The notes below the pieces were generated by a model that was not told where the DNA came from, made no database searches, and worked only from the letters and a program-made list of their open reading frames with translations. A program made the position numbers and the translations under genes. Below, piece after piece: positions 18,331 through 24,826 of a stretch of 24,826 nucleotides of DNA. Position 1 is the first letter of the stretch. Each line of letters starts with the position of its first letter. The DNA lies in assembly GCA_964244895.1 (NCBI GenBank), contig CAXTKV010000058.1:1-24826 (forward strand), given 5' to 3'. The DNA is from an uncultured Deinococcales bacterium (GTDB lineage: Bacteria; Deinococcota; Deinococci; Deinococcales; JAAFIG01).

Positions 18331-18832
18331 ATCTCACACCGATCTTTTTCAGGTTGTCCTCGAACGGGCTGACGCTCATCGAGCCGAACTGAATCGCCTT
18401 GATCTGACCGTTGGCGTCCACGAAGTAGGTCGTCGGGATGCCGTACACGCCGTACAGCCTCGAGATTGACTTGACCTGATCCGCGTCACCCTTGAAATCG
18501 CCCGGTGCGTCCGTCAAGACCGTAAAGGTGAATTTGTTGTCCTTCATGTACCGCAACGACGCTTCCGGCGCTTCGTTCGAGCCGATCGCCAAAAACACGA
18601 ACTTGTCCTTGCGCCTCAGGAACGAACGGTGAATCTGCGGGAATTCCGCCTTGCACGGCCCGCACCACGAGGCCCAGAAGTTGACCACGACCGGTTTACC
18701 GCGCAGGCTCGAGAGTTGCAGCACCTCGCCGGTGTTGTTGTTGTACAGCTTGAAGTCCGGCGCTTCCCGGTCGATCGATTGCGCCGAGACGAACCCGGCC
18801 AGGAGCGTGACGAGCATCAGAGCGCGTTTCAT
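18329..18832 (-). CDS. TlpA/ResA-like thiol-disulfide oxidoreductase
   Basis: Signal peptide; APDF, LRGKPVVVNFWASWCGPCKAEFP, YGVYGIPTTYFVD; TAGACT 7 nt before the ATG. Confidence 0.93.
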   Translation of the reverse strand: MKRALMLVTLLAGFVSAQSIDREAPDFKLYNNNTGEVLQLSSLRGKPVVVNFWASWCGPCKAEFPQIHRSFLRRKDKFVFLAIGSNEAPEASLRYMKDNKFTFTVLTDAPGDFKGDADQVKSISRLYGVYGIPTTYFVDANGQIKAIQFGSMSVSPFEDNLKKIGVR

Positions 18833-19050
18833 GGGTTCGAGTCTAATCGAGGATGGCGCACAATCGGATGAAAAACCCTCGGGACATGCACGAAGGCGAC
18901 TTATTGCGTGTGGAACGGTGTTCGAACGGGCTTTGCCGCGTCAGACGGTCTTCTCATCGGGTACGTTCCCCGATGCGCGCCTCGAATGGACTCGAGAACC
19001 GGGTCGGTTCGAGCCCGGTCTTCACGAATCTGACGCGAGCGCCGAGGTCT

Positions 19051-20547
19051 TTACAAACCGTACAGCTCGGTGAATTTGCGCGTCAGGTAGGCCACGTAGG
19101 GTTTCGCGGTGAGCGGTGAACCCGTGGCGCGTTCGATCAGGGCGGGCGGCAAATCGAGTTTGCCGCGCTGGTGGACGTTCTGGCGCAACCACCCCAGCAG
19201 CGGCGCGTAATCGCCGTTCGCCCACTGCGACTCGAGATCTCCCAGGCTCTGACGGGCCGTTTCCAGAAGTTGCACGCTCAGGATGTTGCCCAGGCTGTAG
19301 GTCGGGAAGTAACCGATCAGCCCTTCGGACCAGTGAACGTCCTGCATCACGCCCTGCGCGTCGTCGGGCGGGGTGATGCCCAGGTATTCCTGCATTTTGG
19401 CGTTCCAGATTTCGGGTAATTCAGCCGCTCTGAGTTTCCCTTCGATCATGCCCAGTTCGATCTCGAAGCGCAGCATGATGTGCAGGTTGTACGTGATCTC
19501 GTCGGCCTCGACGCGAATCAGGCTCGGTTTGACGCGGTTGACGAGTTTGTAAAACGTTTCCGCGTCCGCGCCCTCGAGTTGCTGCGGGAAGATCGCTTGA
19601 AGTTTTGGGAACCAGTGCGTCCAGAAAGCCCTGGAGCGACCCACCAGGTTTTCCCACATGCGGGACTGGCTTTCGTGAACCGTGCTCCACGCGCCCCGCG
19701 CCAGCGGCGTGCGCGCCAGTTCCGCGCCCGTGCCCTGCTCGTAGAGCGCGTGTCCGGTTTCGTGGAAGGTGCCGAACATCGCCATCGGCAGGTAATGGCG
19801 ATCGTAGCGGGTGGTCATGCGCACGTCGTCGCGGGAAAAATTCGTGGCGAACGGGTGAGGCGCGATGTCCAGGCGTCCCCGGCTGAAGTCGTAGCCGAAA
19901 GCCTCGGCGACCTGAACGGAGAACTCGCGCTGTTTGGCCTCGTCGTAATCGCGCTCCAGAATGCTGTAATCCACCCGGTCGGGTTTCTGGGCAATCGCAT
20001 GAACCAACGGCACGGTGTCGGCCCGCAATTGCGCGAACACGGCCTGGACGTGGCTGGTTTTCAAATCCGGATCGAAGTCGTACAGCAGCGCGTCGTAGGG
20101 GTGATCATCGTAGCCCTGGTATTCGGCGATCCTGAGGGCGTACTCGAACATTTTTTCGACGTGCGGCTTGAACGTTGCGAAGTCGTTGTTGGCTCTGGCC
20201 TCTTCCCAGACCTTGCCTGAAATCGCGCGGGCTTTGGTGTATTCCGCGACGAATTCAGTCGGCAGTTTGCGCCTGCGCTCCACGTCGCGCCGCACGTAGC
20301 GCACCAGCGCGCCATCCACGGAATCGTCAGAGGCCAACTTCGGCTCGAGATCGTCCAGCAGCTCTCCCATGCGGGCCGAGGTGTTCTTCTGGTGAATGAT
20401 CCTCGAGAGCGTGCTGAGTTGATTCGCGCGCGTCTGTGAGCCTCCCGGCGGCATCTGCGTTTGCTGATCCCAGCCCAGCACGGAGACGGTAGAGGAGAGG
20501 TCCTGGAGTTCCGCGATCAACGCCTTGAATTCTTCTAGGGTGCCCAT
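19051..20547 (-). CDS. Carboxypeptidase M32 (carboxypeptidase Taq family)
   Basis: LGWDQQTQMP, HPF, HETGHALYEQ, HESQS, IRVEADE, QDVHW, GYFPTY; TAAAGT 5 nt before ATG 20547. Confidence 0.96.
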   Translation of the reverse strand: MGTLEEFKALIAELQDLSSTVSVLGWDQQTQMPPGGSQTRANQLSTLSRIIHQKNTSARMGELLDDLEPKLASDDSVDGALVRYVRRDVERRRKLPTEFVAEYTKARAISGKVWEEARANNDFATFKPHVEKMFEYALRIAEYQGYDDHPYDALLYDFDPDLKTSHVQAVFAQLRADTVPLVHAIAQKPDRVDYSILERDYDEAKQREFSVQVAEAFGYDFSRGRLDIAPHPFATNFSRDDVRMTTRYDRHYLPMAMFGTFHETGHALYEQGTGAELARTPLARGAWSTVHESQSRMWENLVGRSRAFWTHWFPKLQAIFPQQLEGADAETFYKLVNRVKPSLIRVEADEITYNLHIMLRFEIELGMIEGKLRAAELPEIWNAKMQEYLGITPPDDAQGVMQDVHWSEGLIGYFPTYSLGNILSVQLLETARQSLGDLESQWANGDYAPLLGWLRQNVHQRGKLDLPPALIERATGSPLTAKPYVAYLTRKFTELYGL

Positions 20548-20614
20548 GCTCAACTTTAACGCGCCGATTGGTGGGTGAAAGCGTTCAGGTCACGCTTCTG
20601 GACGCTTTCACCTT

Positions 20615-20667
20615 GCAGAACACCGTCCAGCGCGCACCTCGAGAAACACCGTGCTGAACGGTGCTGC
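20615..20667. repeat. REP-like repeat pair
   Basis: GCAGAACACCGTCCAGCGCG ... CGTGCTGAACGGTGCTGC. Confidence 0.75.
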
Positions 20668-20668
20668 A

Positions 20669-20962
20669 CTACTTGGCGCGCGTCTCGAGGATCACCAGCA
20701 GGCCGCCGCCCAGGTTCTCGATCAGGCTGACCTCGCCCAGCAAGACGTTACCCTTGCGGGCGCGTTCGGTGCCTTCGGGTCCGGTGAAGGCGGCGTCCCC
20801 TTCCAGAATCTGGTAGCTGGCCTCGCCGGGTTGGGGCGTGAAGCTCTGACCGCCCTCGAAGTACAGGCCGTGCAGGCTGAAGCGTCCGCCCTCGAGCAGG
20901 GGTTCCCGAACGGTGGCTTTGAGCGAGAATCTTCGAGCATCCATCAAGGATCGTTTCTGCAC
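20669..20962 (-). CDS. Small cupin-like hypothetical protein
   Basis: GGAGG RBS 5 nt before GTG 20962; beta-rich pattern LYFEGGQS..YQILEGDAAF..IENLGGGLLVILE; metal-binding His residues appear absent. Confidence 0.6.
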   Translation of the reverse strand: MQKRSLMDARRFSLKATVREPLLEGGRFSLHGLYFEGGQSFTPQPGEASYQILEGDAAFTGPEGTERARKGNVLLGEVSLIENLGGGLLVILETRAK

Positions 20963-21064
20963 GGGAACCTCCGGATTTTGCCCTGGTTGGCTTTTGGTCC
21001 GACCGATTTTTTTGGCTGGGACGCATCCTCCAGAGAACGTGCAAGAGATCACGAACTTTGGGGT

Positions 21065-21226
21065 TTATCCACAGGGCTGTGGACAAGCCTGGGGATTGAC
21101 AGAAATCTTACACGATGATACTACCCTGGCGAACCTCGTCCCAGACGCAAAAATTGCAGTTTTGCGTCTGGGACGGTTTATGGCGCGCCTCAGTTATCCA
21201 CAAGCGCCAGCGCGTCTGTGGATAAC
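21065..21226. promoter_or_regulatory. Secondary DnaA-box cluster (two inverted pairs) around a 16-bp hairpin
   Basis: TTATCCACA 21065, TGTGGACAA 21078, TTATCCACA 21194, TGTGGATAA 21217; hairpin arms at 21137-21152 and 21160-21175. Confidence 0.75.
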
Positions 21227-21837
21227 TCTGGAACGACCTGAGCAGCCCGAATGAAGGCCCGAACCTGAGCCGAATCCTTCATTCCTGGGCTTCCGTTCAG
21301 CTCGACCCCGCTCGAGACATCCACGCCCCACGGCTCGAGAATCCGAACCGCTGCGCCAACGTTCTGCGGCGTCAGTCCACCCGCCAGCACCCAACGCCGC
21401 CCCGCCAAAACCGAACGATCCACCCCGGCCCAATCGAAAGCGCGCCCGGACCCCGGATCGGGACCATCGACCAAGACCGTTCCGGTTGGCAGCTCGAGCG
21501 GTGCGTCGCTGGTGACCTCGACGGCCCGAATCACGGGCCGAACTCGAGCCACCCTCGCCGCGAACTCGTCCGATTCGCGACCGTTGAGCTGTACGGCATT
21601 TAAACCCACTTGCTCGATCGTCTCGAGTATGGAATCCAGGCTCGCGTCCCGGAACACCCCCACGCGCGCCACGAACGGCCCCAGAGCCATCGAAACTTCT
21701 CGCGCCCGATCCAGGTCGACAAAACGCTTCGTGTTCGGTACGAAAATAAATCCGATCGCGTCCGCACCCGCCGCTTCCGCCTCGAGCCCATCGGCTGGCC
21801 GGGTGATACCGCAAATTTTGACGAAGACCCGACCCAT
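21190..21837 (-). CDS. trpF: Phosphoribosylanthranilate isomerase
   Basis: VFVKICGIT, GADAIGFIF, VGVF, GSGRAFDW, LAGGLTPQNV, GVDVSSGVE, KD; TATCGT 6 nt before ATG 21837. Confidence 0.95.
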   Translation of the reverse strand: MGRVFVKICGITRPADGLEAEAAGADAIGFIFVPNTKRFVDLDRAREVSMALGPFVARVGVFRDASLDSILETIEQVGLNAVQLNGRESDEFAARVARVRPVIRAVEVTSDAPLELPTGTVLVDGPDPGSGRAFDWAGVDRSVLAGRRWVLAGGLTPQNVGAAVRILEPWGVDVSSGVELNGSPGMKDSAQVRAFIRAAQVVPELSTDALALVDN

Positions 21838-22040
21838 GACGACACGATACTCGAGATGCCCACCCGACTGGAGGGTCGCTTTCCAAACAGCAATCACACG
21901 GAATTGGCGCGAGACCTCAAATCTCGAGATCTCCAGCGTGACTGGTTTTGAACTTCATTCCCCCCACAAGCTGAACCCTCGACCCGAATCCTCAGCCGTT
22001 TTGCACTGAACTCATCCTCAAGGGGTCTTATACTCATTGC

Positions 22041-22574
22041 ATGTCCCTCGAGTTGACCTGGTTTGACGTGATTCTGGTGATCCTGTTTGCGGGCGTGATC
22101 GTGCTCGGTGCGCGGCGCGGCGTGGCGGGCCTGGTGGCGGGGGTGGTCGCCATTTTCGCCTGGCCGATCATCAATTTGCTGGGCAGAATAGACGCGCTGG
22201 TCGGGTTCTTTCTGGCCTTGGTCGGAGGCTGGTTCGTGGTCGGTGTGCTGGCGCGCAACGCCTACGCGACCGGGTTCATCAACGCCTCATCGGACGCGGC
22301 GCGCACGATCCTGGGTGGGTTGGGCGGAACGCTGATGGGGTTGGCGTTGGTCGTCGCGCTGGCGCTGTCCTTCCCGATCACCTCGACCCCATCGGCTGGC
22401 GCTGGCGCGTTCTCTTATCCGTCGGACGCGTTGCCGAGCTGGTTGCGCACGGGCGTCGACCGCTCCGCGATCCAGCGCGTCCTGTCCGACCCACCGTCGC
22501 GCGGTGGACTGGGCTTGTGGCGCGGTTCGGCTTTTTTGAAACTGTTCGCCGTGCCGGATCGAAGCGGCAAGTAA
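22041..22574 (+). CDS. CvpA-like membrane protein
   Basis: LTWFDVILVILFAGVIVLGARRG and ILGGLGGTLMG patterns, about 4 TM segments; TATACT 6 nt before the ATG. Confidence 0.7.
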   Translation: MSLELTWFDVILVILFAGVIVLGARRGVAGLVAGVVAIFAWPIINLLGRIDALVGFFLALVGGWFVVGVLARNAYATGFINASSDAARTILGGLGGTLMGLALVVALALSFPITSTPSAGAGAFSYPSDALPSWLRTGVDRSAIQRVLSDPPSRGGLGLWRGSAFLKLFAVPDRSGK

Positions 22575-22587
22575 CCCAGACGATCTT

Positions 22588-22613
22588 GAGAACACCGTCC
22601 TGCACAGTGTTCT
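22588..22613. repeat. REP-like palindrome
   Basis: GAGAACACCGTCCTGCACAGTGTTCT. Confidence 0.8.
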
Positions 22614-22670
22614 TTCGTTTCACCCGATTCACTGGGTGATCGTCTTGAGCGCGGCGGTAGACTCGAGCTC

Positions 22671-23300
22671 ATGGCGCTCGAAATTCACGCCGAAGACCAA
22701 TACGCGATTGCACCCGCCGAGATGACTTTGGCGGCGCTCAACGCCAGCCTGCCGCCCAATTTGCTTTACCGCGCGCCGAACCTGGAAATGCCCGTCGGAG
22801 ACTGGGTGTTGGCGGGCGGCCTGGGCCTGCTCGAGACCTCACCGGTCAGGCGCGATGTACTGGGGTTGACGTACCGGGCCTCACGGGCCGCCATCGAGGT
22901 CGGCGGACGGGTGGTCAAGAACGTCTCCGGCTACGATCTGGTGCGCTTGATCGTCGGCTCGGACCCGGCCCTGCAGGGTGATGTGGCGCTCGAGACGATC
23001 ACCTTGCGTCTGCGCCCGCGTTCGGTGATCGCGGAGCGCGAGGTCGAACGCCCCGAGGATCAGCTTCCATTCACCTTCGCTGAACTCGCGGCGTTGGGCG
23101 CCGCTTACGGCCTGGCGCACCGTCAGGACGCCGAGCGCTGGCGCGTGCGCGGCGTCTGGTACGGTGCGGCGCGCGGTTGGGGTACGTCGATCACGACCCC
23201 AGTTTTGGCGGGTGCGAACCTGCGCGATGCCCTCGGAGCGTTTCCCCGGATGGCGCCCGAACGATCCGAGTTCGAGCGGCGCATCCTGGGGGCGCTTTAA
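22671..23300 (+). CDS. Short FAD-linked oxidase, GlcE-like (Deinococcus-Thermus type)
   Basis: EIHAEDQY, VLGLTY, GGRVVKNVSGYDLVRLIVGS, TLRLRP; TAGACT 7 nt before the ATG. Confidence 0.8.
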   Translation: MALEIHAEDQYAIAPAEMTLAALNASLPPNLLYRAPNLEMPVGDWVLAGGLGLLETSPVRRDVLGLTYRASRAAIEVGGRVVKNVSGYDLVRLIVGSDPALQGDVALETITLRLRPRSVIAEREVERPEDQLPFTFAELAALGAAYGLAHRQDAERWRVRGVWYGAARGWGTSITTPVLAGANLRDALGAFPRMAPERSEFERRILGAL

Positions 23301-23307
23301 CCCTGCA

Positions 23308-24826
23308 CTACTCGAGAATACCGTCTGGGACGATGTTCTTCGTATCCGTGACGCGCGCCTCGAGCGGTGCCTCCGTCGAGGGCATCGCCCCGTTCAGCAC
23401 AGCGCGCTCGCGCAGGCTCAGGCGGCGCAAGCTGCCCGAGCGCAGCATCTGCTCGGCTTCGTTGGCGTTTACGGCCCGCGCGTAAAGGTGCCCCTGGACG
23501 ATGTGACACCCGGCTCGCTCGAGCATTTCCGCGTGGCGTTGGGTTTCCACACCCTCCGCGATCACGCCCAAGCCCAGCCCATCCGCCAGCGCGATGATGG
23601 CTTGCACCAGCGGCAGTGTGCTGCGCGCACCCTGGTACGCGCCCCGATCGTTGGCGATGCCCGCCGTGAAGCTGCGGTCAATTTTCAAGGTGTCAATCGG
23701 GAAGCGGTGCAAATACCGCAAGCTCGAGTAGCCCGTGCCGAAATCGTCGATCGCCAGCTCCACGCCGATCTGCCGAAGTTGCTCCATGCGCCGCGCCGAT
23801 TCCTCGATGCGCTGCACCAACAGGCTCTCTAAAAGTTCCAGCTCGAGGTACTTCGCTTCCAGGCCCGTCTCGCGCAGCGCCTCCGTGACGGTCTGAATCA
23901 TCTCGGGGCGCTCAAATTGCAGGGTGGAAACGTTGACCGCCACCCGCACCGGCGGCAAGCCCGCGCGCTGCCAGGCGGCGTTCTGACGGCAGGCCTCGCG
24001 CAGCACCCAGTTGCCCAGCGGCACCACCAACCCGGATTCTTCGGCGATCGGTACGAACCGAAGCGGCGAGAGCGATCCCAGGACTGGATGGTTCCAGCGC
24101 GCCAGCGCCTCAAAACCGACCACCGCGTCCGAACGCAAATCCACCTGCGGCTGGTAGAACAGTTCCAGCTCGCCGCGCTGACCCAACCCGCGATCGGACA
24201 CGCGCTCCAGCGTGCGGCGCAACTCGTTCTCGATCTCGAGCTTCTCGCGCGCGGCGGCGCTCATGCCTTTGGAAAAGCGCCTGATCGCGCCCGCGCCCTG
24301 CGATTTCGCGCGGTACATCGCGGCGTCCGCGTGCTTTTGCAGGGTGGCGGCGTCCGCGCCGTCCTGCGGGTAAAAACTGATGCCGACGCTGGCCGAAACG
24401 AACAGCTCGAGCTCGTCCACTTTGAAGGCTGGAAGCAGGCAATCGACCAGCTTCTGCGCGAGTTGCGTGGATTCTTCGGTGTTCTTGACGCCCGCCCGCA
24501 CGACCACGAACTCGTCGCCACCCATGCGCGCCAGCGCGTCCGACGGCCCAATGCAGCCCTGGAAGCGCTTGGCGACCAACTGCAACAAGCGGTCCCCGAC
24601 CGGATGCCCCAGGGAATCGTTGATCTGCTTGAAACGGTTCAGGTCGATGAACAAGACCGCCACCATGAAGCCGCGCTGTTCGGCGTGCCTCAAGGCTGCC
24701 TCGAGCTGGCGACCCAAGAGCGTGCGGTTCGGCAAGCCGGTCAGCGCATCGAAGCTCGCCTGGTGCGCGAGCTGTTCGTTGAGCTTGCGCCGCCCAATGG
24801 CGACCGAGACCAGTGGTTCGCTCATC
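23308..24826 (-). CDS. GGDEF-EAL diguanylate cyclase/phosphodiesterase (5' end outside the window)
   Basis: DALTGLPNR, FIDLNRFKQINDSLGH, ARMGGDEF, FEALARW, DDFGTGYSSL, LKIDRSF, AEGVET. Confidence 0.96.
   Translation of the reverse strand, partial: MSEPLVSVAIGRRKLNEQLAHQASFDALTGLPNRTLLGRQLEAALRHAEQRGFMVAVLFIDLNRFKQINDSLGHPVGDRLLQLVAKRFQGCIGPSDALARMGGDEFVVVRAGVKNTEESTQLAQKLVDCLLPAFKVDELELFVSASVGISFYPQDGADAATLQKHADAAMYRAKSQGAGAIRRFSKGMSAAAREKLEIENELRRTLERVSDRGLGQRGELELFYQPQVDLRSDAVVGFEALARWNHPVLGSLSPLRFVPIAEESGLVVPLGNWVLREACRQNAAWQRAGLPPVRVAVNVSTLQFERPEMIQTVTEALRETGLEAKYLELELLESLLVQRIEESARRMEQLRQIGVELAIDDFGTGYSSLRYLHRFPIDTLKIDRSFTAGIANDRGAYQGARSTLPLVQAIIALADGLGLGVIAEGVETQRHAEMLERAGCHIVQGHLYARAVNANEAEQMLRSGSLRRLSLRERAVLNGAMPSTEAPLEARVTDTKNIVPDGILE

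Overview
GC-rich chromosomal replication-origin region, most likely from a Deinococcota (Deinococcales-like) bacterium. This is inferred from the dnaA-dnaN-eno-pyk order, many leaderless promoters, an RDRM operator and a Thermus-type short GlcE. Core content is dnaA, oriC (about 12 DnaA boxes plus DnaA-trios), dnaN, eno, pyk and rsmG-parA-parB, plus housekeeping and signalling genes. The most notable items are: (1) a free-standing single-motif LAGLIDADG gene directly upstream of dnaA, where mnmG/gidA usually sits. Its promoter is covered by a 30-32 bp element that is repeated in front of rsmG-parAB and looks like a parS split by a 16-bp insert, with a perfect 21-bp palindrome between the two copies. 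(2) A non-DdrA, phage-type Rad52/Sak-like annealing protein after parB, whose promoter spacer is exactly a 17-bp RDRM (DdrO) operator. (3) A second DnaA-box cluster about 10 kb from oriC. (4) A REP/REPIN-like palindromic repeat family in most intergenic gaps, and strong CTCGAG over-representation.
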